Assembly: GCA_963575745.1 (NCBI GenBank)
Contig: CAUYUJ010000093.1
Span: 62,001-118,382, forward strand
Direction of reading: 5' to 3'
Length of the DNA: 56,382 nt
DNA from: Prorocentrum cordatum
Taxonomy: Eukaryota
The notes under the pieces are model-generated. The model did not search any database and was not told where the DNA came from. It saw only the letters and a list, made by a program, of their open reading frames with translations. Shown here piece by piece: positions 1 to 11,275 of the stretch (its first letter is position 1; the number at the start of each line of letters is the position of its first letter). The position numbers and the translations under genes are program-made.

Positions 1-640
1 CCCTCCAAAGGCCCTAGTGGCAAAGTTCGCACGCGTCCCTCCGCACCATGTTGGCACACCCCTCGCACGTTCCGTGGCCCCGTAGGGAGCTCCTGCGAAG
101 GCCCCAATTCCATAGTTCACTTGCGTCCCTCCGTCCCATGTCGGCAAACACCTCACACATTCCGTGGTCCCCCCCCCCCACAAGGGAGCTCCTCCGAAGG
201 CCCCAGTGGCAGGCTTCGCGTGCGGTCCCCCGTGCCATTTTGGCACGCCCTTCACACGGTTCGTTGCCCCATAGGGAGCCCCTCCGAAGGCTGCAATGGC
301 AGGGTTCACATGGTCCTCCCCGTATCTTGTCGGCACACCCCACACACACACACGTTTCGTGGTCCCATAAGGGGCTCGTCCGAAGGCCACACTGGCAGGG
401 CTCGCATGCGTCTCCCGCATCTTTTCGGCACACCCGTCACACGTTTTGTGGCCCCATGAGGAGCTCCTCCGGATGCCCCAGTGGCAGGGTTGACGTGCGT
501 CGGCTCGCCCGATTTCGGCACATTCCTCCCACGCTTCGTGGCCCCATAGGGAGCTCCTCCGACGCACAAGTGGCAGGGCTCGCATGCACCACCCCGTCCC
601 GCGCTGGTTGGTGGCACGCCCTGACTCTGGAGCGGTCGCA
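1..640 (+). repeat. Degenerate ~75-bp tandem repeat array (satellite cassette family A), truncated by the window start
   Basis: Recurrent unit resembling CGGCACACCCCTCACACGTTTCGTGGCCCCATAGGGAGCTCC(A/T)CCGAAGGCCCCAGTGGCAGGGTTCGCATG. Confidence 0.9.
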
Positions 641-1369
641 CAACATAAAGTGGCTACTCGGCAGACGTGTACGTGTGCGGTGCCGCGTGTAAGTTTACCG
701 CATCGAGCGGCAGCGTTGGAAACCGACCCGTAGCAACCCCAATGGCGCTCGATGGGCAACGCGGTGCCCCCGCGCCCCCGCTGTCAAGCCTCCTCCGGGC
801 GACGATCGGCAGAGACCCCGCCACGGCCCAGGCTCCGCAGCTGCGGGCACCCACGGAGACCGTCCGGCAGCCACGCAGCGAGAGGACTCCTGCGACGTGT
901 CCGCTCGTCACCGAGTCGCCGTCTCGATCCAAACGCGGTGAGGTCGCGGTGGGGAGGTCCAGGCGATGATTTTTGGCAGGGTGGGGAGCCGCTGAAAGCC
1001 TGTGCCCAGAGGCCTCGGGAGGCTGGGAAGGTTGGGCGCGGTGGGGGCGCGGTGGAGGGGCCCCCGCGAAGAGTTTGCAGGGTGGGGGGGTCCCTTTCCA
1101 ACTCCTCCTCCTCCTCCTCCTCCTCCTCCTCCTCCTCCATATCCTTCCTTGTCATTAGTGCCGCAGGGGCGATCCTGGGGGCGACCGCCGCGACCGTGGA
1201 CCTTTGCGGACCGTGCCGCTGGCCGCTCCAAGGAGCCCGGCGGCGGCAGCGGGCGGCGGTGCGAGACCCTGCTCCCGCCGCCGAGGTCGAGGGGGCACTC
1301 TTGCGGTGCTGCCTTTGGTGAGGTCGTTCGTTGGCGACGGCCCACTCGTATGAGTCATCGAACATCGAC

Positions 1370-1850
1370 GCACGGTGCCGCGTGGTGCCTACGCCCCTTA
1401 CACGCTTCGTGCTCCTGTAGGGAGCTCCTGCGAAGACTCCAGTGGCAAGGTTCACGTGCGAGCCCCTGCACCATGTCGGCACACCCCTCACACGCTTCGT
1501 GGCTCCATGGGGAGTCCCCCCCCCGAAGGCCTCAGAGGGATGGTCCACATGCGCCCCCCCGCACTTTTTTGGCACACCCGTCGCGCGTTCGTGTCCCAAT
1601 CACAGTGAGCTCCACCAAAGGCCTCAGTGACAGGGTTCGCATATGCCCCCCAGCCCCATGTCGGCACACCCCTGGCACGCTTCGCGGCCTCAGAAGGAGC
1701 TCCACCGAAGGCCCCAGTGGGAGGGTCCATAATCGTCGTCCCGCCCCATTCTGGCACACTCCTCACACGTTTCGTGGCGCCTTAGGGAGCGCTACTGGGG
1801 ACGACCTTCACACCTGTGTAACTCACAAATGCACATGGTTGGGTCTTTCG
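1370..1850 (+). repeat. Family A array ending in the conserved 3' motif
   Basis: Same ~75-bp unit; ends with CACAAATGCACATGGTTGGGTCTTTCG (about 1824-1850). Confidence 0.85.
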
Positions 1851-2160
1851 TCGGGAAAACTTACATCGGTGCGAGAGCCGAGACTTCCACTGGAGTCGTG
1901 CAACGGACCCTGGAAGGGGAGGATAACAAGGTACACCCGTATCCTGCGACCCCACTACCGCCTGTCCGGGGAAGGAGGGAGGAAGACGCGAACGGAGCTG
2001 AGAGGACAGGAGGGGAGGGGGGCTGAGGGGAGGGGAAACGGTGAAGGGAGAAAGCATGGATGAGAAACGAGCCGGTCTGACCAATGTAATGTGAGACAGC
2101 GCCCGCCGCCACAGTACGAGCGCGCAGCGGCGAACTAGAGCTGCCCAGGCCCCAAGACGC

Positions 2161-2568
2161 CTAGCGGGGAGACATCGCACGCCCGGTAAAGCCGCTGACA
2201 TCCAGCTTTGCGTCCATGCGGTTTACAACTTCCATTAGCTTCCTGGTCTCGATCACGAGGCTCTCCAAACTCAGGGGTTTCGCACCGCCCTTGAGCCTGG
2301 TGCAGCCAGTCACGAACTCCTGCTCGTTTACAAAGCCGCTGAGGTCTTCGTCGAGGAGCTCAAAGAAAACCTTCGCGTTGGTGACCATGTCGATCTCGAG
2401 GTGTAGAAACCACGCCCGTATGGATGGCTGCTGGATGGCCGTCTGCATCTCTTTCAAGCTGATTGACCCAGTTTTGTTCTTGTCGATCTCATGAAACAGC
2501 TGCTTCAAGATGTCTTCTGTGAAACCATTCTTTTTCACTGCATTCGTCAATACTATACTGCGGTCCCA
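2161..2568 (-). CDS. Last exon of a single-domain voltage-gated cation channel: C-terminal paired EF-hands
   Basis: WDRSIV...LFHEIDKNKTGSISLKEM...FFELLDEDLSGFVNEQEFVTGCTRLKGGAK: two EF-hand loops; stop at 2161-2163. Continues the S6 helix encoded near 5405-5480. Exact splice junction unresolved. Confidence 0.85.
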   Translation of the reverse strand, partial: WDRSIVLTNAVKKNGFTEDILKQLFHEIDKNKTGSISLKEMQTAIQQPSIRAWFLHLEIDMVTNAKVFFELLDEDLSGFVNEQEFVTGCTRLKGGAKPLSLESLVIETRKLMEVVNRMDAKLDVSGFTGRAMSPR

Positions 2569-2929
2569 GGTAACTATCCGCCAACGTGCCCTTTGGCACG
2601 CTGCGGCGTGGTAGAGCGGCACGTGCTGTCTTGTAGAGTTTATGCACGTCTACGAAATGGGGCAACTCCGCCCCACTCCTTGCAAGGTTGCGAGGCTCCC
2701 CGGCGGCATGACGAGTGCCCGGGGCTCTCCAAGGCTCTCCAACGCTTGCAAGACAGCCTAGGAAGGCCACTGCAGTCGCCACGATGGCCCAACGTTGCCT
2801 CAAGTGGGGCCCAACATGCCCCAACAGGCGCCATGAGGCTTCCAAGACACAGAAGAGAAGGCCAAGAGGACGCCCATTGGGCAAGCAACACATACATCTT
2901 TAATACTAGCCGATTCCTATTCCCAACAA

Positions 2930-4050
2930 TGTTGTGATATTGGGCCCTTGTTTTAAAGAGACAGCGCCCCGTGTCCTCACCTCTCTATTCCTCCTCCTCC
3001 TCCTCCTCCTCTTCCTCCTCCTCCTCCTCCTCGCCCCTCATCCCCCTCCTCTCTGCCCTCCGCCTGTTTATTTCGGCACACCTCTCACACGCTTCGTAGC
3101 CCAATGGGGAGCTCCACCTCAATGCCCACATGCCAGGGTTCGCATGGCGGCCCTGCCTCACTTCGGCACACCCCTCACACGTTTCGTGGCCCATAACCCA
3201 ACGTGAGGCCCACACGTCAGGCTTCGCATAACGGCCCCGCCTCGTTTCGACATACCCCTCACACGTTTTGTGGCTCCAGAGGGAGCTCCAACTAAGGCCC
3301 ACATGCAGGGGCTCGCATGGCGCCCCGGTCTCATTCTGGCATGCTCCTCACACGTTTCGTGGCCCCATAAGGAGCTCCACGCTGGAGGGTTCGCATGGTC
3401 GCCACGCCTCATCTATTTCGGCACACACACACACACCTCGCACATTTCGTGGCCCATAGGCAGCCCGAACTGAAGCCCACATGCCGACGTCGCATGCCGG
3501 CCCCATCTTGTATCGGTACACCTCTCACGCTTCGTGGTGGTGAGCTCCAAATGAGACCCCAATGTCAAGGTTCGCATGGCGGCCCCGCCTCATGCCGGCA
3601 AACCCCTTACAAGTTTTTGTTGGCCCCATAGGGAGCTCCAGCGAAGGCCCCAGTGGGATGGTTCGCATTGCGGCCCCGCCACACTTTGGCGCACCTCTCG
3701 CACGCTTCGTGGTACAATGAGGGGCTCCACAGAAGGCCAAAGTTGGAGGGTTCGCAGAACGGCCCCGCCCCACTTCGGCACATCCCACAAAAGCTTCGTG
3801 GCCCCATAGGGACCTCCGCCGAAGGCCCCAGTTGCGGGGCTCGCATGGCGGCCCCGTCCCATTTCGGCACGCCCTCACACGTTTCGTGGCCCCAGTTGGA
3901 GCTTCACTGAACGCCCCTGTGGCAAGCTTCGCATGCGGTCCCCGCTACACGTCGGCACACTCTTCACACGCTTCGTGGCCTCATAAGGAGCTCCACCGAA
4001 ACCGGTACCCGTAATGCAGTATTCACACATACATATGGTTGGGTACTTCG
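2930..4050 (+). repeat. Complete family A cassette: 5' motif, CCT tract, ~75-bp array, 3' motif
   Basis: Starts GATATTGGGCCCTTGTTTTAAAGAGACAGCGCC, ends ACATATGGTTGGGTACTTCG, with ~75-bp units between. Confidence 0.85.
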
Positions 4051-4109
4051 CAAGATATCCTCCCCCAAACCATCCTGTGTTGGATTCTCGTTTGCTGTAG
4101 AGCACTGAC

Positions 4110-4500
4110 TGGTCTCCCCCCTCCTTCCTCTTCCTCCTCCTTCTCCTCCTCCCTCCTTCCTCCTCCTCCTCCCTACTCCCTACCTCCAGCCTACTCCTTC
4201 CTCTCCCTCCTCCTTACTCCTCCTCCCTCCTTCCTCCTCCCTCTCCTCTTTCCTCCTCCCCCTCCTCCCCTCTCTCTCCTACTCCTCCGCTCCTCCTCCT
4301 CCTCCTCTCCTCCTCCTATCCCTCCCCTCTCCTCCTCATCTCCCTCCCTCCCTCCCTCCCTCCCCCCCTCCCCTCCCTCCCTCCCATCCTTCCCCTCCTC
4401 CTCCTCCCTCCTGCCTGCCTGCCAACTTGCCTGCCTCCTGACTGCCTGCCTGCCTGCCTGCCGGCCTGTCTGCCTGCTTGTCTGCCTGCCTCTTCTCTGC
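4110..4500 (+). repeat. Polypyrimidine (CCT)n/(CCCT)n/(CCTG)n simple repeat
   Basis: Direct reading. Confidence 0.9.
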
Positions 4501-4529
4501 TGTCACACCATGCGCAGTCGGGTGCTCTT

Positions 4530-4920
4530 TTTGTAGCTGCGTACTGCGCATCTGTCGCCCCGTTCGTGGGCCCCCGCGGAGTGGAGTTGTACGCGGACGC
4601 AGCCGAGGCCTCGCGGCTCCCTGGTGGCTGCGAACTGCGCACCAGTCGCTTTTTGTGGGATCCTGGGAGGTCCAGCGAGCGGAATGGAGCTGTACGCGCA
4701 CCCAGCCGAAGCCTCGCGGCCCCCTCGGGCGCTGCGAACTGCGCCACTGTCGCCACATTAGTGCGCTCCTGGGAGGCACAGCAGAGGTGAAGGCAACGCA
4801 GATCCATTTCAGACCTCGCGGCTCCCTCGGTGGCTGCGAACTGCGCAGCTGTCGCCAATTTCGTGCTTCTGGGGGTCACGGCGGAGGTGAGGGCAGCGCA
4901 GATCGCGCATCTCTGGCGAT
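4530..4920 (+). repeat. Short dispersed tandem repeat (CCTCGCGGCTCCCTCGGTGGCTGCGAACTGCGC), 3-4 copies
   Basis: Motif recurs near 4609, 4712 and 4814. Confidence 0.7.
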
Positions 4921-5404
4921 GTGTTCTTGCATACGGAGCGTTCAAATATACGCCTCGTGTGGAGAAATTGGGTGCGGTTGAGATCGTTCATGCTGTGGGT
5001 TTACTGAGCCTCTCGGCTCGACGTGGTTCCAGGAGGGCCTCGGAGGAACCACAGAGTGACAAACGAGCACCCAATGAGGGCTCCAAGCTGCCCCACCGAA
5101 CGGCTCAGGACAGCCCCACGAGGGCCCCAAGATGGCACAGGATGGGCCCGCGACCGCCTTAGATGGCCCAGTAATGCTCCCAAGACAGCCTCTGAGAGAC
5201 TCTCCGGGCGGCCGACAGGGCCCAAGACAGCACCAACACACATCAGGCGAGTTTTGAGACGGTCCTAGAAGATGGCCCCACGACAGCCCCCCAGGAGCTC
5301 AAGACAACGCCAATAGAAACAAGAGGTGCAACATTCTACGGCCTTCTGGGCGGTGCTCGAGGAGTCGCCACACAAAGGGCACGGTAGCGGAACTTACCCC
5401 AGGC

Positions 5405-6228
5405 AGTTTGATGTCCTCCGACTCCTGCACAAAAATGCCAACCAGCACGTTGAGGAGACAAAGGGTCACCATAACTACGAAGAGTATGTAGATCCACCCG
5501 AAAGCGGGGCTGATCATCTGGAACGGCTTCATGAGGTCGCCATAGTCAGCACCACCAGTGAGGGAGAATATCAACGAAATCATTGCAAGATTCATGGATC
5601 CCCAATTTTCTCTGAGATCATCTACCACCTCGTCGCTCCTGTCAACTGAGTCTTGCTCCAAGTAAAATATCGCGAGGTCCTCGAAGAGGATCGCCCAAAT
5701 GAAAATGAACATGATTAGCAACGCCAGTGCCCAACCGAAAGTCGGTATGCAAGTCAAAATGTACAACGTCATCCAACGCAACTGGTGCAAAGCCTTGAAA
5801 TGCTGGCAAACACTGAGCAGACGAATGAGCCTGAAGGCCCTGAACACCCGGATGAATTGAACACACTGAATCATACGACCTCTCAGAGGAATAAAAGACT
5901 GCGCCAGATCTAGCAGAGCGCACGACAACAAGAACACCTCAAACATGTTGCCCAAACCAGACGACCCGCGTTCGAAGAACCGGCTCCTTTCTGCGACTAA
6001 CTTTATCGAAATCTCAACCATCCAGACCACGATGAGCCCTTTCGCAACCTGTTCATAAAAAGTAGCCGTCCGGGTCCAGTGCCCTCGCCTCTGGTCTCCG
6101 AGAAGTTCCTGCATCTGCGCGTCCACGACAATGCCGAGCACGACTGTCTGCAGCAGAACGATGGTCGTGGTGACGATTGGCCATACGTAGTGAGAGGTCA
6201 GCTTAATCGCCTTGTGGCTAGTCCCTCC
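5405..6228 (-). CDS. Ion-transport (S1-S6) exon of a single-domain voltage-gated cation channel
   Basis: Frame open from 6228. S1 YVWPIVTTTIVLLQTVVLGIVVD; S2 ...VVWMVEISIKL; S3 NMFEVFLL; S4 voltage sensor FIRVFRAFRLIRLL; S5 ALLIMFIFIWAILF; pore SLIFSLTGGADYGD; S6 YILFVVMVTLCLLNVLVGIFVQ. Confidence 0.9.
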
Positions 6229-6684
6229 TCATGTCCCTCCTCATCCTTCGTCTGTCCTTCTGCTCTTCCTCTTCCTGCTCCTGCGGCGTGGCCGAGCTCC
6301 TCCTGCTCCTCCTGCTCCTCCTCCTCCTTGATCGCCATATGCTGCAGGGAACCTGGCTCGGCATGGAGCACGTCCTTGCCACTGTCATAGTCCTGGGAGA
6401 GCAGATGTGGCATCTACTCTCACACTCCTCCGCCTCCTCATCATCACCACCACCGTGATCATCATCATCCTCCTCCTCCTCCTCCTCCGTCCTCCTCCTC
6501 CGTCCTCCTCCTCCTCCTCCTCCGTCCTCCTCGTCCCCGCCATCCTTCAACTCCCCGTCGTCCCCTTCCTCCTCCTGGGAGGGGGAAGGCCTCCGGATAT
6601 GCCTCCTGCAATTTCGGGGGGCTTCCTGGAGGTCTCCAGGGGTCCCCAGGGGCCTCCCGAGGCCCCCAGAAGCCCCCCCCCAAA
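6218..6684. other. Repeat-rich intron/insertion in the channel gene, flanked by a GTGG direct repeat
   Basis: GTGG at 6214-6217 and 6685-6688. Removing the insert plus one repeat joins ...RFHCIH to KAIKLTSHY... in frame. Confidence 0.6.
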
Positions 6685-7209
6685 GTGGATACAGTGAAAA
6701 CGTATAGTAAGGACGCGTGGTAAGGACGCAAGACCCTTGGAGGCCGAAGTTGAAGTATTCTGGGCGGCAGGCGGCCAAACCCCCAGGGAACCTGAGAAAC
6801 TGGCCTGCGAAGATTGCCAGGGACGGGCAACAGAGGCTGAAGCAGGCAAGGACCCAAGGGTACCCTTGAAAAAGTCGTTCGTCCTTACTATGCGCGTCGA
6901 CTGTAAGCCACGTCGGTAGATCTCGATCCTCGATGACGACGACGAGGGAACACGGACATGCTCTTGCCCTCCCGCGTCCTCGCTGGCCATGCCGCAGCCC
7001 TGCATCCCGGATGCAAGCGAGTCGCTGTCGCCGTCACTGTCCGCGTTCGGCATCTTCACCAACTCCATCGTCGAGCCGCGGAGCGGCCCAAGCACGCGAT
7101 CCGCAACGAGCGTGGGCGAGCGGGCCGGGGCCGCCGTCCTCGGGCAGTGCTTGCGATGCGGTGTGCGCACGCGTTGAGAAGTCTCTGCCTCCGTGGACCC
7201 CGAGCATGT
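6685..7209 (-). CDS. Probable upstream exon (disordered cytosolic N-terminal region) of the channel gene
   Basis: Non-repetitive open frame, in phase with the S1-S6 exon, preceded by TAG at 7210-7212 (possible acceptor). Confidence 0.55.
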
Positions 7210-7229
7210 CTAGCTCTTGCGCTTAGGAT

Positions 7230-7230
7230 A

Positions 7231-7293
<63 letters not shown>

Positions 7294-7480
7294 ATCTATG
7301 TACTTATGTGTATGTATATGTGTATGGACAGGTATTTGCAAGTGTACATACATACGATTATGCTTATGTTTATGTATGTGTATTTGTGTACACCTGTATG
7401 TCTCTCTCTCTCTGCCTGTATGTATGTATGTCTGTATGTATGTATGTATGTGTGTGTATGTATGTATGTATGTATGTCTG
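7230..7480 (+). repeat. (TCTG)n and (TATG)n microsatellites
   Basis: Direct reading. Confidence 0.95.
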
Positions 7481-7491
7481 CGATTATAGCC

Positions 7492-7963
7492 TATGGGGAT
7501 TACTAATTTCTGTTCCAAGTGAGTTTTCCACTCCACTGCTCGCGCAAACATCCCAACCACCCACCCGCAACTTGGTTAGCAAAATCTCTTAAGACCGTGA
7601 CGGTGGGCACCAAATGGCACTTGGCAACGACAGCGACGCCGACGATGACAACGACAACGACGACGACGACGACGCCGCCGACAACGACTACGACGACACC
7701 GACGACGTCTCCAACGACTTCGACGACGCCGACAACGACGACAACGACACCGATGACGACGACGACGACGCCGACGGCGACGACGACGACGACGATGACA
7801 ACGACGACGACGATGACGACGACGACAACGACGACACCGACGACGACGACGACGTCAACGACGCCGACGACGACGACGACGACGATGACAACGACGCCGA
7901 CGATGACGACGCCGACGACGACGACAACGACGACACCGACGACGACGACGACGTCAACGACGC

Positions 7964-7996
<33 letters not shown>

Positions 7997-9010
7997 CGGC
8001 GACGACGACGACGCCGACATCGACGACGACGAAGACGACGACGACGACGCCGACGCCAACGACGACGACGAAGACGACGACGACGCAGCCAACGAAGACG
8101 ATGACGAGGGAGGAAGGAGGACGACGACGGCGACAACGACGACAATGACGAGGGAGGAGGGAGAACGGCGACGACGCGAACGACGAAGAAGGAGGAAGGA
8201 CGGCGACGCCGACGACGACAATGACGAGGGAAGAGGGAAGACGACGACGACGACGACGACGACTGCGACGAAATGGGAGGGACGCCGACGAGACGCCGAC
8301 GACGGACGACGACGACGACGAGGGAGGAGGAAGGACGACCACGGCGACAACGGCGGCGGAAACGACCACGACGCCAAAGAGGACGACGACGACGAACACG
8401 AGGAAAGACAGAGGACGACGTATGCGACGACGACGACGACGACGCGGGAGGAGGGAGGACGGCGACGACGACGACGACGACGCAAGAGCGCGCGCGCACG
8501 CTTTTGTTGAAAATTCGTGTAGCGAAACGTTGTGTCTTTGTAGGTTTTTTGGACACACGATGTTGAAATCTTTCCGAAGCCGATGGGTTTTGAAGGATTT
8601 CGGCATACGCGCGCGACATCGCGCGCGTCTGCACGTCGTCCCATTTGTTGCAGAGGATTCTCGCGACGGCACACGCGCAAGGGCGTTCGACAGATTTCGA
8701 CATGCGCGCGCGCGAAGCCCGTGTGGTAGCATTTTGTGAAAATCTTGAAAAACCAATGGTTTCCTTAAGATTTCGCAAGAGCTCGCGCGTAAGCTTTCTT
8801 AGCAAATCAGAATTGCGAAACCCTGTGCTTTTGTGTGTTTTTTGGAAACTCGATTGCGGAATCCTTCCGACACCGAAAGTTTTTGAAGAATTTAGGCATG
8901 CGCGCGCGACGACGCGCGCGTGTGCACTTCGCCAATTTTTTCGCAAAAGATTCGTGAAAAAGTCCACAAAACATGTCACCGCGTATTGTTTTTTACAATG
9001 GTAACCTCAG
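7492..9010 (+). repeat. Dispersed element with a conserved ACATCCCA(A)CC(A/T)CCCACCCGCAA head and a long internal (GAC)n tract (about 7626-8481)
   Basis: Head motif recurs at about 7548, 9220, 20722 and 21293; heads at 7548 and 21293 are followed by GAC/GAT trinucleotide tracts and GCGCGCG-rich tails. Boundaries approximate. Confidence 0.6.
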
Positions 9011-9561
9011 GGGAACCGATACCGGCTCCCCTGGGATAGTGTAAATTCATATTTAGGATGGACATGTGGTCATAATCATACATGATTTACGTACCCGAAA
9101 GGGGGGCGGATAACGCCGGGGGGGGGGGTAGAGTGTATTCTCTTTTTTAAAAGGAGAATAATCTGCGTCGCGCAAGTCATATGCATAATTAAGATTCCTC
9201 AATTTCATTGCTCGAACAAACATCCCACCCTCCCACCCGCAACTTTTTGGCAGTACACCCAGGGTGCCATGGATGCACTCACGTACCAGAACGTGCTATA
9301 ACACATCCAAAACGAAGGGCAGTGCCGCGCGGAGACCCTTCTCGTGCAAAGCCGTCGCCACCAGGGCGGGCGATTGAGAGGAAAGGCGGAAAGCGCTCTG
9401 GAGGCGTTAGTCATTGAAGGCCAGTTGCAACTGTATTCGAAAAGCTTTACCTCGACATGCTTCAAACGACACTGGTTCCTCGACTGATTTCGACGTGTGC
9501 GCGCGGCGCTGCGCACGTGGGGCCCGCATGGTCCTTTTTGGCACCCCTGTCTGGGACAACA

Positions 9562-9770
9562 TATATTGGCGGCGAGCGAGGGGGGGAAATGAGAAGGAGA
9601 AGGCCTTCTCAGAAGGCGGCGGGACTTCTCAGAAGCGCTCGCGCCTTCAGAGAAGTATTTTCTGTCTTCAGGGAAGCCTTAGAAAACTTCTCAGAAGGCC
9701 GGGGGACTTTCGAACCTTCCGAGAAGGCCTTCTCCTTCTCACTTCCCCCCCTCGCTCGCCGCCGAATATA
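9562..9770. mobile_element. MITE-like palindromic element with ~55-bp TIRs and TA ends
   Basis: TATATTGGCGGCGAGCGAGGGGGGGAAATGAGAAGGAGAAGGCCTTCTCAGAAGG ... CCTTCCGAGAAGGCCTTCTCCTTCTCACTTCCCCCCCTCGCTCGCCGCCGAATATA; second copy at 25388-25585. Confidence 0.85.
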
Positions 9771-10019
9771 ACTCATGAGCTCAGCCAGTGCGCGACTGTT
9801 GTTGGTTGATTTGGGCATGCGGGCGCGGGGGCACGTCCGCTTGTCTGGCAAGCATGGTCTTCGTTGGCACGGATGACAGGACACCAGTGGTTTTCGCAGG
9901 AACTTAGGGAGCGAGCTCACAACACATGACACTGTTCCCCACATCCAAAGGATCGGGTTCTTGTTATTACTCCGAACGCGCCAACTCCCTCCCCCACACA
10001 CACACACATATCTCCTCCT

Positions 10020-10340
10020 CATGTTATGCTATGCCATAGAATGGTATGGCATATTATGCTATGCCATGTTATGTTTAGTTCGGCGCTATTGCTATATGTT
10101 AGGCTATGCCATGTTATGGTAGGTGATGGCATGTTATGATATTGCATGCTATGGTTTATTATGATTGGTCGATGTGTGATATGGTATGTTATGTGATTGC
10201 ATGCCATGTGGTGTAATGTGGTATATTATATTACCATGCTAGACTATGCTATGTTAGGTTATGGTATGCTATGCGATTGATGATGATGATGGTGGTGATG
10301 ACGAGGATGATGATGGTGGTGGTGGTGATGGTGATGATGG
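10020..10340 (+). repeat. (ATGCT/ATGTT)n and (GAT/GGT)n low-complexity tract
   Basis: Direct reading. Confidence 0.8.
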
Positions 10341-10639
10341 CGGAAAAACTTCTGAGGATGTCTCAAGCGAGGCGCGGGTTTCAGCACCCCCAAGGGGGAG
10401 CCGCCAGGGGGCATATCACCCCTCCGCTCGCGCCAAACATGGCGGGGATGCCTCGAGCGGTTTGCCTGCTTGCCAGCGAGCGCAGCATCCTCCGCTTTCG
10501 GAGCAGGTGTTGAGGATGCCACAGGCGAGGCGCAGAGTTTCGCACCCCAGAGCGGGCCAGATTTTGAGAGGATGCCTCGATCGGTCTGCCTGTTCTGGTG
10601 GCCAGACGCGTGGGCACGGACCCTCCCCAGGGATGCCAA

Positions 10640-11124
10640 CAGGAGGCTCCGGCAGGCTCGAGAGGAGGCCCCAGGAGGCCCCAGGAGGCAGCAGCAGGAG
10701 GCCGCAGGAAGGCTCAAGAGGCCACAGGATGCCCGAAGAGGCTCTAGGAGGTCACAGGAAGCTCCTCCTCCTCCTCCTCCTCCTCCTCCTCCTCCTCCTC
10801 ATCCCCCTCCTCCTCCTCCTCCTGCTCCTCCTCCTCCGCAGGAGGCTCTGGGATGCTCCAGGCGGCGACAGGAGGCACGAGGAGGCCACGGGAAGCGCCG
10901 GAAGGCATCAGGAGGCCCCAGGAGGCCCCAGGAGCAGGAGGCCTCAGAAGGCCACAGGAGTGGCTCCAATCCCATGTGTTTTACGTGTGCTCCTATAGAT
11001 TGGGCCTCCCCTGGAGCACGAGTGTTTTACGTATGTTCCTATAGATTGGGCCTCCCATGGGGCACGAATCCTTTGTGTTTTACGCGTGTTCCTATAGATT
11101 GCCCTTATCCTGTGGCTCCAATCC
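10640..11124 (+). repeat. Host repeat for the LINE, left half: GGAGGCCCCA decamer repeats plus a ~50-bp unit (GTGTTTTACGTGTGTTCCTATAGATTGGGCC)
   Basis: Three ~50-bp units at 10960-11124; the same units resume at 17438-17670 after the LINE. Confidence 0.8.
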
Positions 11125-11126
11125 TT

Positions 11127-11148
11127 TCCGTAGCCATTTTGGCTCAAG
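11127..11148 (+). other. Dinoflagellate spliced-leader sequence, perfect 22-mer (retroposed copy)
   Basis: TCCGTAGCCATTTTGGCTCAAG matches the DinoSL consensus DCCGTAGCCATTTTGGCTCAAG; followed by AC, not by the GT donor of an SL-RNA gene. Confidence 0.97.
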
Positions 11149-11275
11149 ACTCCATGCTTGGGGGGCTGCAAGCCTCCTGGCCACCACGGGATAGCTCTGT
11201 TCCCCGAGCTCGACTTCCATCGGCGCGCGCGGCTTCCCTCGTTTTGGCACTTATAACACTGTGGTTGTCTCGGCC

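Larger units (their letters stand above)
2569..5398. mobile_element. Inverted-repeat-bounded insertion (introner/MITE-like, with nested repeats) interrupting the channel CDS
   Basis: Left end GGTAACTATCCGCCAACGTGCCCTTTG (2569-2595) vs reverse complement of right end GGTAAGTTCCGCTACCGTGCCCTTTG (5373-5398); CCCAGG repeated at both junctions (2565-2570, 5398-5403). Confidence 0.7.

Noticed and set aside
7503..8979. Long poly-Thr/Asp/Val/Ser/Arg ORFs
   Set aside because: They are translations of a (GAC)n microsatellite that is open in several frames.
10470..11153. N-terminal part of the 2029-aa ORF in the track
   Set aside because: It lies almost entirely upstream of the TSD and SL, in host simple repeats. 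It is chance read-through and not part of the element's mRNA.
11127..11200. SL RNA gene
   Set aside because: The 22-mer is followed by ACTCCATG, not a GT donor and SL intron, and it sits inside TSDs.
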